Assembly: GCA_036479435.1 (NCBI GenBank) | Contig: JAZGFI010000062.1 | Span: forward strand, 1 to 21,363 | Length of the DNA: 21,363 nt | DNA from: Planctomycetota bacterium | Lineage (GTDB): Bacteria > Planctomycetota > GCA-002687715 > DRQF01 | Direction: 5' to 3' | Shown here: positions 7,125-16,341 of the stretch, in pieces | Layout of the letters: every line of letters starts with the position of its first letter | Numbering within the stretch: the stretch's first letter is position 1 | Notes under the pieces: model-generated | Told to the model about the DNA's origin: nothing | Seen by the model: only the letters and a program-made list of their open reading frames with translations | Database searches by the model: none | Translations under genes and position numbers: made by a program

Positions 7125-8462
7125 TCAGGCTTTTGGACGGCTGTCGATGAGGCGCTTGGCCTTTAGCTCGAAACGCGGGAGTTCGCCCGTCGCGACCTCC
7201 TCGACGTTGATGCGCAGACCTTCGTGATTACGCTTGAGATCTTTGGCGAGGCTGGTGCCCAGGGCCGCCGCGTCGATACCGTGATTGGGCAGAAGCTCGT
7301 ACTTGACCGTGATCTCGTCGATGCCACTCTCAGTTCTCCACACGAGAATCTGGAACTCATCGATCTCGCGCGACTCGCGCACGATCGACTCAATCGCACG
7401 CGGGTAGACGTTGGTGCCGCGCACTAAAAGCATGTCGTCAGCGCGCCCCAAAATCCCGCCTTCGTAGAGGTCAAAGGTTCGCCCGCATGAACAGCGATCG
7501 TGCGGAACTTTCTTGACGAGATCGGTCGCGCGGTAACGAATGAGCGGGATCATCCCGCGGCCAAAACTTGTCACCACGCGCTCGCCCATTTCGTCGTAAC
7601 CCAGCGCTTCGTCGGTATCGGGATCGATCACTTCTTCGATGAAGTGGTCTTCAATGATGTGCGTGCCACCGGGTTGTTTTGCACACTCGAACATCATGAT
7701 GGTGCCGATCTCCGTCATCCCTGCGGTGTCGGCGCACTTGGCTCCCCACTTGTCTTCCAACAGGCGCTTGGTGGCGGGGATTGAACCGGCGGGTTCGCCG
7801 GAGACGATGAGTTTGTCTACCGCACTTCCCGGCAAGTCAATGCCCTGCTTCTCGGCTTCAAGCGCCATCCGCAGGGCATAGGTCGGAGTGGCACAAACCG
7901 TCGTGACGTCCATCTCGACGATCTGTCGCACACGGTTCTCGGTGGTCATGTTGCCGGATGGCAACACCAAGGACCCGATCTTTTCGCAGCAGTAATGGGC
8001 GCCCCAAAAGCCGATGAAACTGCCGTAGCTAAAGGCAAAAAACACCGTGTCAGTCGGCCGCACGCCAAAGGCCCAAAACCCGTAAGCCCAACACTCAGCG
8101 ATCCACTGCCAGTCTTTTTTGCCGTCCAAAACCCGCAGCGGTTGGCGACCACTGGTGCCGCTGGTGAGGTGATAACGAATCGCCCGGTCACGGGGTTGGC
8201 TGAGCATGTCACCAAAGATTGGTTTGGCCGCCTGGCTCTCCATCCATGCCTCACGTGTCATGAATGGCAGCCGGCGCAAGTCATCGAGCGACTTGATGTC
8301 TTCGGGGCCGACCTTGGCATCGTCGTAGAGTCTGCGATGAAAGGCGCTCTTGTCGTAGGCGTAAGCGACGAGGCGCTTCAACTTGGCAAGTTGCAAGGCC
8401 TTTAGGTCGTTACGAGAGAGCGTCTCGCATTTGGGGTTCCAATAGGGCTGGGGCTTAGCCAT
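7125..8462 (-). CDS. Phenylacetate-CoA ligase (PaaK) family aryl-CoA ligase
   Basis: Start reassigned to ATG 8462 (GAGGTG RBS). Motifs YWNPxxETLSR, TSGTSG P-loop, SGEPAGS, AGMTEIG, LIRYRATD, GRADDMLLVRGTNVYP and LPRFELKAKR. Confidence 0.9.
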   Translation of the reverse strand: MAKPQPYWNPKCETLSRNDLKALQLAKLKRLVAYAYDKSAFHRRLYDDAKVGPEDIKSLDDLRRLPFMTREAWMESQAAKPIFGDMLSQPRDRAIRYHLTSGTSGRQPLRVLDGKKDWQWIAECWAYGFWAFGVRPTDTVFFAFSYGSFIGFWGAHYCCEKIGSLVLPSGNMTTENRVRQIVEMDVTTVCATPTYALRMALEAEKQGIDLPGSAVDKLIVSGEPAGSIPATKRLLEDKWGAKCADTAGMTEIGTIMMFECAKQPGGTHIIEDHFIEEVIDPDTDEALGYDEMGERVVTSFGRGMIPLIRYRATDLVKKVPHDRCSCGRTFDLYEGGILGRADDMLLVRGTNVYPRAIESIVRESREIDEFQILVWRTESGIDEITVKYELLPNHGIDAAALGTSLAKDLKRNHEGLRINVEEVATGELPRFELKAKRLIDSRPKA

Positions 8463-8469
8463 GTCTAAA

Positions 8470-9651
8470 TCACCTCGAGTCCTGGTCATGACGAGTCTTG
8501 TCTTTACCGACGAGGTCCCGTGCAATGATGATGCGTTGGATGTTTGACGAGCCCTCGTAGATCTCAAGACCGACGATGTCTCTTAGATAGCGCTCAACGG
8601 GAAACTCGTTGTTGTAGCCGCGGCCGCCGTGCAACAAGACGGCCTGGTGACAGGCCTCGGCCGCAGCTTCCGTAGCAAAGAGCTTGGCCACCGAAACGCT
8701 GCGGGTCGCGGGGCGTCCCCTATCTTTGTCCCAAGCGGCCTTCCAGGTCAAGTAGCGGGCGGCCTCCAAGGAACAATGCATGTCCGTGAGGGTCTTTTGC
8801 ACCAACTGAAAGTCCCCGATGCGTTTTCCGAACTGCCGACGCTTCCGCGCGTAGTCAATGCAAGCGTCCATACAGGCCGCGTGAACGCCAACCGCGCCGG
8901 CCGCAACGCCAACTCGTCCGTGGTCGAGGGCGCTCATCGCAATTTCGAATCCCTGCCCCACTTCGCCCATGCGAAGGGAATCGGAGATCTCCAGATTTTC
9001 AAAACGAAAACGTGCGTGTACCGAACCCCGGTGGCCCAGTTCGGGCGCTTCCATTTTTTCGCGGACAAAGCCGGGAAAATCTGTCGGCAGCAAAAAACAG
9101 GTGATACCGCGGTGCTTTTGTTCGGGATCGGCCTGAGCGAAAAGCAAGGCGCAGTCGGCGACCGTGCCGTTGGTAATCCACATCTTGGAGCCGTTTAGGA
9201 CCCAAGCATCGCCTTTCCTCACCGCGCGCGACTTCATAGACGCAACGTCGCTGCCGGCGTCTTCCTCAGTAAGGCCGTAGCAGCCGATCGCCTCCGCCGA
9301 GCAGAGTTTCGGCAACCACTTCTCTTTTTGTTCGTCGCTGCCCCAATCTTGAATGCAGGAAGCGACGAGCCCGGTTTGCACGGCCATAAAGCCGCGAACC
9401 GAAGAGTCTACTTTTCCGAACTCCTCGTAGACCAAGGCCTGGGCGACGTGGTCGAGCCCCAAGCCACCGTAGGTTTTTTGGATGGGCCCACCGAGTAAGC
9501 CGCTCGCGCCAACGGCGCGGATAAGCTCAGGGTCAAACCGCCGCTCCTCATCAGAGGACTTTGCCTGCGGAGCGATGATGCGGGCGGCGACGTCACGGGC
9601 ACGGGCTCGGATTTCCTCGTGCTCTTTGGAGAGTTCAAAGTCGATCGGCAT
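8470..9651 (-). CDS. Acyl-CoA dehydrogenase
   Basis: Motifs GLTEEDAGSD, LNGSKMWITNG, RRQFGKRIGDFQLVQ, HGGRGY and IYEGSSNIQR. Confidence 0.96.
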   Translation of the reverse strand: MPIDFELSKEHEEIRARARDVAARIIAPQAKSSDEERRFDPELIRAVGASGLLGGPIQKTYGGLGLDHVAQALVYEEFGKVDSSVRGFMAVQTGLVASCIQDWGSDEQKEKWLPKLCSAEAIGCYGLTEEDAGSDVASMKSRAVRKGDAWVLNGSKMWITNGTVADCALLFAQADPEQKHRGITCFLLPTDFPGFVREKMEAPELGHRGSVHARFRFENLEISDSLRMGEVGQGFEIAMSALDHGRVGVAAGAVGVHAACMDACIDYARKRRQFGKRIGDFQLVQKTLTDMHCSLEAARYLTWKAAWDKDRGRPATRSVSVAKLFATEAAAEACHQAVLLHGGRGYNNEFPVERYLRDIVGLEIYEGSSNIQRIIIARDLVGKDKTRHDQDSR

Positions 9652-10451
9652 TACCTTCCCTCAAAGCGCGCGCTGCGCTTTTCGCGGAAAGAAGCCAAGA
9701 ACTCGCGATGATCATGGCCCATCAGCATCAAGGCCTGGGCCTGGGCTTCGGCCTCGATGGCGGAGCCGATCTCCATCGTCCACTCGGCGTTGATCATACG
9801 CTTCGTCATACGGATGGCGTAGCCCGGTCCCGCTTTCAAGCGGGCGGCGTATTCTGCCGCGGCAACCATGACTTCGTCCGCCGGAACAACTTTGTTGGCG
9901 AGCCCAATTTCCAGTGCTTTGGCCGCAGACACCGATTCACCGAGCATCAAGATCTCAGTAGCCCTGGCATTGCCAACCACCCGTGGCAACAAGAACGCCG
10001 CCCCCATGTCCGCCCCAGTAAGGCCGACTTTGGCAAACAAAAACGCGATCTTGGCCGCATCACAGAAAACGCGAAAGTCGGCGGCCAAGGCGATAACCGC
10101 TCCGGCTCCGGCCGCGATACCGTTGACCGCCGCGACAATGGGTTTGTCCAGCTCGCGCATGTTTTGAATCAGCTCGCCGGTCATGCGGGTGAAGTCGAGG
10201 ATTTCTTTCATGTCTCGGTTGACGAGATCGCCGATGATGTCTTCAACGTCACCACCGGAGCAAAAGCCGCGGCCGGTTCCGGTAATAACGATAACTTCGA
10301 CATCGTCGCGCTGGCGAAGGTCGTAGAAGCAATCGGTCAGTTCGCGGTAGACATCGAATGTCAAAGCGTTCAGCCGATCGGGACGGTTCAAGATGATGGT
10401 GGCGAGGCCTGATTCGACATCAAAAATGAATTGCTCGTAGGTTTTGCTCAT
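9651..10451 (-). CDS. Enoyl-CoA hydratase/isomerase family protein (type seen in anthraniloyl-CoA clusters)
   Basis: Start reassigned to ATG 10451. Motifs LNRPDRLNALTFDVY, FCSGGDVEDIIG and FLFAKVGLTGADMGAAFLLPRVVG. TAATG overlap with the ACAD gene. Confidence 0.92.
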   Translation of the reverse strand: MSKTYEQFIFDVESGLATIILNRPDRLNALTFDVYRELTDCFYDLRQRDDVEVIVITGTGRGFCSGGDVEDIIGDLVNRDMKEILDFTRMTGELIQNMRELDKPIVAAVNGIAAGAGAVIALAADFRVFCDAAKIAFLFAKVGLTGADMGAAFLLPRVVGNARATEILMLGESVSAAKALEIGLANKVVPADEVMVAAAEYAARLKAGPGYAIRMTKRMINAEWTMEIGSAIEAEAQAQALMLMGHDHREFLASFREKRSARFEGR

Positions 10452-10455
10452 GAGA

Positions 10456-11232
10456 TCAGGGTGCGACGGCACCGCCCGCGACGCCGAGGGCTTGGCCGGT
10501 CGTAGCTCCGGTATTGGGACCGAGAAAAGACATGACCGCCGCGGCAACTTCTTCGGGCGTGACCAGTCGCCCCAAGGGGCTGTCGGAGGCCAAAGCCGCG
10601 ATGGCCGCGTTGCGATCGCAGCCGGTCTTGTCCATGATATTCGCGAGAGTGCGTGCCGTCATGGGGGTGTCGACATATCCAGGACAAACGGAGTTGACAG
10701 TAACTCCAGATGCAGCCAATTCGACGGCCTGGGCTCGTGCGAACCCCAACAGGCCGTGCTTCGACGCGGTATAGGCCGCCGTATAGGCGTAGCCTTTTTG
10801 CGCCGCGGTTGAAGCGATGTTGACGATTCGGCCCCAGCCCGCTTCTTGCATGACCGACGCGGCCGCCCTCGAAAGCTGAATAGCCGCCCTGAGATTGAGC
10901 GTCATCGTGCGATTCCAAAGGTCATCGCTGCTGCGGTGCAAGGGCGCCGACTCCGCGAGTCCGGCGTTATTCACCAAGATGTCCAGACGGCCACATTCCG
11001 CGAGAATCTTGGGCACTAAGGCCGAGGTAGCCACGGCATCCGCAAGGTCGACCGTGAAGGTCAAGGGTCGAGTACCCGCCGCAGAAAGCTCCAAAGCCAG
11101 CTCGTCCAGGGCTTTTTTGTTTCGGGCAACTAAGATGGTTCTAGCGCCTTCAGCCTGTAGCCGGGCCGCAATAGCCGCTCCAATACCACGGCTGGCCCCG
11201 GTCACGAGGGCATGGCGATCAACAAGCTGCAC
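10456..11232 (-). CDS. Short-chain dehydrogenase/reductase (SDR)
   Basis: Start reassigned to GTG 11232 (GGAGGAGG RBS). Motifs TGASRGIG, LVNNAG, NIAS, YTASK (YxxxK) and VCPGYVDT. Confidence 0.94.
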   Translation of the reverse strand: MQLVDRHALVTGASRGIGAAIAARLQAEGARTILVARNKKALDELALELSAAGTRPLTFTVDLADAVATSALVPKILAECGRLDILVNNAGLAESAPLHRSSDDLWNRTMTLNLRAAIQLSRAAASVMQEAGWGRIVNIASTAAQKGYAYTAAYTASKHGLLGFARAQAVELAASGVTVNSVCPGYVDTPMTARTLANIMDKTGCDRNAAIAALASDSPLGRLVTPEEVAAAVMSFLGPNTGATTGQALGVAGGAVAP

Positions 11233-11552
11233 GCGGCCTCCTCCATTTTTCTTTCCTGCCAGGAGGAGACTATCTTTAGGGGGCCCCTTGGTAAAGATGG
11301 TGTAAAGTCTTACCATTTATTCGTTTAAGGACCCCTGCCTCAAATCGCGGCCTTGAGCAAAAAATAATTGTCAGGGAAATCGCCACCACAAGGGCCAGAT
11401 ATTGCGTTCACCAGGTGTGGGCAGAGCCACTCGTTGAGGTCAAGATCGTCGCAACTGGCGAAATAGTCAAAACTTCCGGCGGCGAGTTTTTCGGAATTTT
11501 TGCCATGCGAGAACCCTCAAAGAGTAGAACTTAGGCAGAGAGGGAGGAGAAT

Positions 11553-12203
11553 ATGCTGGGATTCTTGGCGACTTTGGGCCTTTGTTTCTTTTTGTGGCTG
11601 AGCCATCGGGTTTGTCACGCCTACTTGCGCGCGGTGGCGCGCGAAGAGCGCGGCCTGTACAGATTGTCGCAGGCGACAGCCGCTTCCGGCGCGCCAACAC
11701 CGCACAGCCACCTCGGTCCGAAGCTCTTTTTTGTACTCGATCTCATTCTGCTCGCGGCGCTTGTTGCTGGCTTACGAACGTGGCTGCCCTTTTTCGCCAT
11801 CAAAGATCCCAGCAGCATCCAGGCGGGTGCCGAGCTTTTGATGTTCGGATCGGTCGTCATGGGTTTGGGCTTGGTCAGCGAGGGGCGGCTTCTCCAAAGT
11901 TTCTACCAACGCATGATTCGCAGTGTTCGCACCCTGCGTCGCGGCCGCGCAGAGCTGGCATTCGAAGATCAAATCTTGGGCCACGAACGGCATGACCTTA
12001 GGCGCGTCTTTGTTGCGGGCGTCATAGCTTGGACGGCCTTGCCGCCAGTGCTGGCGCTGTTCGGCGTGCGCCTCATCTCAAATGGCACCAGTGAATCTGA
12101 AGCGCTCGCCTTAGTGACCGCCTACTTTGTCTTGCCGCAACTGGCTTTGGGCGCCTATCTCATCAGCGTTGTCCGCCGCGTCAGGCATTCGCTCTACCAC
12201 TAG
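11553..12203 (+). CDS. Hypothetical integral membrane protein (~5 TM helices)
   Basis: GGAGGAG RBS before the ATG. Five hydrophobic segments separated by Arg-rich loops. Confidence 0.72.
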   Translation: MLGFLATLGLCFFLWLSHRVCHAYLRAVAREERGLYRLSQATAASGAPTPHSHLGPKLFFVLDLILLAALVAGLRTWLPFFAIKDPSSIQAGAELLMFGSVVMGLGLVSEGRLLQSFYQRMIRSVRTLRRGRAELAFEDQILGHERHDLRRVFVAGVIAWTALPPVLALFGVRLISNGTSESEALALVTAYFVLPQLALGAYLISVVRRVRHSLYH

Positions 12204-12289
12204 GCTTTCTTTAGGCGATCGACGGACGAAAACGGCGACGCTGGATATCCTCCAGCGCCGCCGTTTTTATTCGTCGATTGCTGTATTTC

Positions 12290-12775
12290 TTAGCTCGGCG
12301 CGGGTTGCAGCTCGCGAAGGCAGGCCTCAACTTTGTTGAGGGTTGCCCGCGACACTCCGTCCTTGCCGTTGACCGTGATCAGACACCCCGAGCAACGTTC
12401 TTCAGCCAGACGCATCAGATCCCTGGAGCCAGGAGCGTCATCAACCCAAAGGAAGGGACGCGTAAAGTCGATACCGGACACCTTGCCGAGCCCCTTGCGG
12501 TAGTCACCGTAACCCACCTTCATTTCGAGGAGGTCCGCGACTTCACGGGCGGCACCCCGCGAAAGCTCCGTCATGAAGACGAGCTGAAAGCGATCGGCGA
12601 TCTCTCGCACAAACTCTTTGGCGAAAGGAACCACGCGAAAACTCGATCCCTCTTGCAGAACCAAAGTCCCGATGATGTCCAAGTACAAGATGGGCCGTTT
12701 GGGCTCCGACCGTGCCGAATCCAGGGCCTTGGAAGCCCCTCCGGCTTGTGGTTGTCTCTTCTTCGTTTGAACCAT
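12290..12775 (-). CDS. HAD-fold-like hypothetical protein (degenerate motif I)
   Basis: ILYLDIIGTL (motif I-like), LVFMT (motif II-like), K in GLGKVSG, and PFLWVDD (motif IV-like). Confidence 0.65.
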   Translation of the reverse strand: MVQTKKRQPQAGGASKALDSARSEPKRPILYLDIIGTLVLQEGSSFRVVPFAKEFVREIADRFQLVFMTELSRGAAREVADLLEMKVGYGDYRKGLGKVSGIDFTRPFLWVDDAPGSRDLMRLAEERCSGCLITVNGKDGVSRATLNKVEACLRELQPAPS

Positions 12776-12861
12776 GGCGCTCTTCTCGTTCCCGTGGCGA
12801 AGTCACACTTTCCTGCATATTAATTCGACCAAGGGTGGCTGAAATCTTGAGTCGCGCGACC

Positions 12862-12893
12862 AAAAGAAAAAGACCGCCTCGAAAGAGACGGTC
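12862..12893 (-). terminator. Intrinsic terminator downstream of the TPR gene
   Basis: Minus strand reads GACCGTCTC-TTTC-GAGGCGGTC followed by TTTTTCTTTT. Confidence 0.85.
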
Positions 12894-12940
12894 CAGATGC
12901 AGTCAAGACAGCGCTTGAGGCCTACTGAGGCCAGCGAGGC

Positions 12941-13432
12941 CTATTCAATTCGAGTCGTGACGCGTGAAAGCGCCACACGAGCCAGCGTGTACTCGGGGTT
13001 TTCCTCGAGCGCCATGCGGTAGAACTCCTCAGAGGCCTCCAGATCGCCCAGTTCCTCGTGGATCTGACCGAGGTTGTAGTAGGCAAAGAAGGGGCAGGCG
13101 TAGCGCGGTGAGCGCAGCGCAGACTCCAGCCAGGGGATCGCCTCTTCGAGCTCACCCTTTTGGATGAGATAGGCCCCAATGTCGTTGTAGGGGTTGCCGT
13201 AGTCCTCGTCGAGCTCGATAGCGCGCTCGCAAAGGGCAATGGCCTCGTCCCATTCCTGACGGAATGAGCGGCACCAACCGTAGAAAGTGAAGGCTTCGGC
13301 GGTCGGATAAAGAGCAATGCTCTTTTGGTAGTAGTTATCCGCTGCCTCCAAGTCACCATCCATCTGGGTCTTGTAGGCCGCTTCAAAGAACTTGATCGCG
13401 GTCGGCTTGCGGTCCTCGTAATTCAGCATCAC
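12941..13432 (-). CDS. Tetratricopeptide repeat protein
   Basis: About four TPR motifs (AEAFTFYG...AIALCERAIELD, PYNDIGAYL...EEAIPWLESAL, AYYNLGQIHEELGD). Start is GTG 13432 or ATG 13429. Confidence 0.9.
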   Translation of the reverse strand: MMLNYEDRKPTAIKFFEAAYKTQMDGDLEAADNYYQKSIALYPTAEAFTFYGWCRSFRQEWDEAIALCERAIELDEDYGNPYNDIGAYLIQKGELEEAIPWLESALRSPRYACPFFAYYNLGQIHEELGDLEASEEFYRMALEENPEYTLARVALSRVTTRIE

Positions 13433-13621
13433 TGGTCTCGTCGTTCGGATTCGGGCATTGGAGTCTTTCGAGATCCAAGCCCCCTCTGCTTTAGACCTGG
13501 GTCTTTCTGCAGCCGAATTTCGAAAAATGCTTAGCCGAACGATGGGTAATACTGCTCTAAAGGTTGCATTTTTTGCCGAACTGATAGGGAACGGTCCCCC
13601 CGAGACCGCCCACCAACGCGT

Positions 13622-14533
13622 CTAGGGGAGTTCCGCACTGCCGGGGATGCGACGGCCTTCGTCGTCATAACGGTAGACGCCCTGCGCGACTTTGCGACCG
13701 AGACGCCCCGCCTTCACCAGGTCGAGGATAATCGGGCAAGGCTCGTAGGTCGCGCCCAAATGCTCATGCAGGTTGCCGAGACTGGCGGCGCGCACATCGA
13801 GGCCGACCAAATCCACGAGTTCAAACGGCCCCATGGGGTGATTGAGACCGAGCTTTAGGGCCTTGTCGATGTCCTCGGGGGACGCAACCCCGGCTTCCCA
13901 CATCCGAAAGGCCTCGTTGCCAATGAGGGCATTGACACGGCTGGTGACGAATCCCGCGGATTCGTTGACCTCGACGGTCTCTTTGCCCATTGCCTTGGAA
14001 ACCGCCTCGGTGACGGCAAAGGTCTCCGCCGAGGTTTTCTGAGACCGGATGATCTCGATCAACTTCATGATGTGAACCGGATTAAAAAAGTGCATCCCAA
14101 TGACCCGGTCCGGGCATGACGTTGCCTCGCCAATCTCAGAAATCGACAGGCCGGAGGTGTTGGAAGCCAAAATCGCGTGGTCGCCCATGAGGGCATCGGC
14201 CTTGGCAAAGAGTTCGCGTTTCAGAGCCATCTTTTCCGGGATGGCCTCGATCATCATGTCCGCACCCGTCAACATCGCATCCAGGTCGGTCGAGATCTCG
14301 AGCCGATCCTTGGCCGCAGCGGCCGTCTTGGCGTCGACTTTTCCCAGCGACACGCCCTTGTCGAGATTGCTATATATTTTGGATTGGGCCCGTTCGAGCT
14401 GATCTTGCTGAATGTCAAACAGGCGGGTCGAAAACCCTCCCATCGCGGCGACCTGGGCGATGCCCAAGCCCATCGTCCCACCACCGACGACGGTAATCGT
14501 TCGGATCTTGCTGATGTCGGTTTTGCTGTTCAT
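13622..14533 (-). CDS. 3-hydroxyacyl-CoA (3-hydroxybutyryl-CoA/PaaH-like) dehydrogenase
   Basis: Motifs VVGGGTMGLGIA, EAIPE, ASNTS, GMHFFNPVH, GLNHPMGPFELVDLVGLD and GRLGRK. Confidence 0.96.
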   Translation of the reverse strand: MNSKTDISKIRTITVVGGGTMGLGIAQVAAMGGFSTRLFDIQQDQLERAQSKIYSNLDKGVSLGKVDAKTAAAAKDRLEISTDLDAMLTGADMMIEAIPEKMALKRELFAKADALMGDHAILASNTSGLSISEIGEATSCPDRVIGMHFFNPVHIMKLIEIIRSQKTSAETFAVTEAVSKAMGKETVEVNESAGFVTSRVNALIGNEAFRMWEAGVASPEDIDKALKLGLNHPMGPFELVDLVGLDVRAASLGNLHEHLGATYEPCPIILDLVKAGRLGRKVAQGVYRYDDEGRRIPGSAELP

Positions 14534-14550
14534 GAGTTAGTCCCTCGTGT

Positions 14551-15315
14551 TCACTTTTTCTTGCGCTCCAAAAAGCGCGTCATGCGTTGACGTTGATCTT
14601 CGGTGTCGAACAAGGTGCCCTGCCCCAAGATCTCGACCATCGCCGAACGGCGGTCAACGGTGTTGACTGCGGCATTTAAGGCGAGCTTGGCGATGCGCAC
14701 CGCGGGGTGGCTTCGCTTCAAGATGGTCTGCATCATTTTGCGCGCCTCGTCGACAACGGTTTCATCGCTGTAGACGTGATTCAACAGACCAATTCGCAAC
14801 GCCTCTTCGGCGCCGATGATCGCGCCGGTGAAAATCAGCTCCCGTGCCATGCCGGGCCCGACCGTCCGCGTTAGACGATGCGGCGCACCGGCCCCGGGAA
14901 TGATGCCGAGCTTCACCTCCGGCTGCCCCATCTGCGCAGAGCGACCGCCCAACCTAATGTCCATTGCGAGCGCCAGCTCACAACCGCCACCCAAAGCGTA
15001 ACCGCGGATCGCCGCGATGGTGGGCCAAGGGAAGTCTTCGATCTTTTGAAACAGCCCGGCATTGATGGCCAAAAAGGCATCTTCCTTTTTCCGTTTCAAC
15101 AGCTCGGAAATATCGGCACCCGCGACGAAGGCTTTGCCGCCCGCGCCGTGGAAAATCAAGCCGCGAACGTCGGCCTTGTCTTTCAATTCGTCCATCGCTC
15201 GGTGCAGCTCTTGCACCATTTCGAGATTGATGGCGTTGAGAACAGCGGGGCGGTTGAGGACCACTTCAGCCCAACCCTCACAGATGTTGATCTCGATGGC
15301 TTGGTAAGCGCTCAT
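14551..15315 (-). CDS. Enoyl-CoA hydratase (crotonase)
   Basis: Motifs LNRPAVLNAI, AFVAGADI, ALGGGCELALAMD and GQPEVKLGIIPGAG. Both catalytic Glu residues are present. Confidence 0.95.
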   Translation of the reverse strand: MSAYQAIEINICEGWAEVVLNRPAVLNAINLEMVQELHRAMDELKDKADVRGLIFHGAGGKAFVAGADISELLKRKKEDAFLAINAGLFQKIEDFPWPTIAAIRGYALGGGCELALAMDIRLGGRSAQMGQPEVKLGIIPGAGAPHRLTRTVGPGMARELIFTGAIIGAEEALRIGLLNHVYSDETVVDEARKMMQTILKRSHPAVRIAKLALNAAVNTVDRRSAMVEILGQGTLFDTEDQRQRMTRFLERKKK

Positions 15316-16340
15316 GGCTTCAAAATGACCTTTCCGAACACGGCGCGTTCTTCGAGTAGTTGGTGGCCGCGAGCGACATCATCTAACTTGAGGACCTCCG
15401 CCACGACCGGTTTTAGTTTGCCCGCACAAAGGTGTCCCCAGACTTCGTGCATCTCACCCATCCCCCCCATCGTCGACCCGAGAATCGAGAGGTTCTTGAA
15501 GAAGATCAGACGAATATCCGAAATTAAAGCGGGATCTGCAGTGGCGCCACAAGTCACGACGCGACCGCCGCGAGCTAAGGTCCGAATGCTCTTCGCGAAG
15601 TTCTCGCCACCGACATGATCCACAATGATGTCAGCGCCACGTTTATTGGTGATCTTCGCGACTTCCTTGCGAAAGTCGGTCTCGCGGTAGTTGAAGGCAT
15701 GGTCTGCGCCAAGCTCAAGGCCACGTTTCACTTTCTCGTCGCTACCCGCCGTCGTAAACACGCGGGCGCCATGCATCTTGGCGATCTGAATCGCCGCCAT
15801 CGACACACCGCTTCCGGCCGCGTGTATCAAGACATCATCCCCAGCCTTGATGCCGCAGCGATTGACGACCATGTGCCAAGCCGTCAAAAACACGAGTGGC
15901 GCCGCCGCCGCGTTCTCGAAGCTCATGTCTTCGGGCATGGGCAAAACATTGCGCGCCGGAATGCACAGAAACTCCGCGTTCGTTCCGTCGCGAGTCTCCC
16001 CGACGATGCCGTAATCGCGGCTCAGGTTGTGTTCGCCGCGCAAGCTCTCCGGCGAAGAGCCATCGCTAAGGCCCGGAGAAATCGCCACACGGTCGCCGAC
16101 CTTGACGTGCCGAACGAGCTCGCCACTGGCATCGATGACTCCGGCGCCGTCACAACCCAACACCAGCGGCAAGGGAAAAGTGTGACCTTCGACCCCTTTG
16201 CGCACCCAGAGGTCGAGATGGTTCATCCCCGCCGCCTTCACCGCGATGCGCACTTCATCCGCGCGAGGCTCAGGGATCGGAATGTCGGCGAATCCCAGAA
16301 CTTCAGGCCCACCGTGCTCTTTGACTTGAACGGCTTTCAC
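15312..16340 (-). CDS. Medium-chain dehydrogenase/reductase (zinc-ADH-like / quinone oxidoreductase family)
   Basis: Motifs HGGPEVL, NHLDLW, LGCDGAGV, VLIHAAGSGV and FGKVIL. GTG start at 16340. Confidence 0.92.
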   Translation of the reverse strand: MKAVQVKEHGGPEVLGFADIPIPEPRADEVRIAVKAAGMNHLDLWVRKGVEGHTFPLPLVLGCDGAGVIDASGELVRHVKVGDRVAISPGLSDGSSPESLRGEHNLSRDYGIVGETRDGTNAEFLCIPARNVLPMPEDMSFENAAAAPLVFLTAWHMVVNRCGIKAGDDVLIHAAGSGVSMAAIQIAKMHGARVFTTAGSDEKVKRGLELGADHAFNYRETDFRKEVAKITNKRGADIIVDHVGGENFAKSIRTLARGGRVVTCGATADPALISDIRLIFFKNLSILGSTMGGMGEMHEVWGHLCAGKLKPVVAEVLKLDDVARGHQLLEERAVFGKVILKP

Positions 16341-16341
16341 T

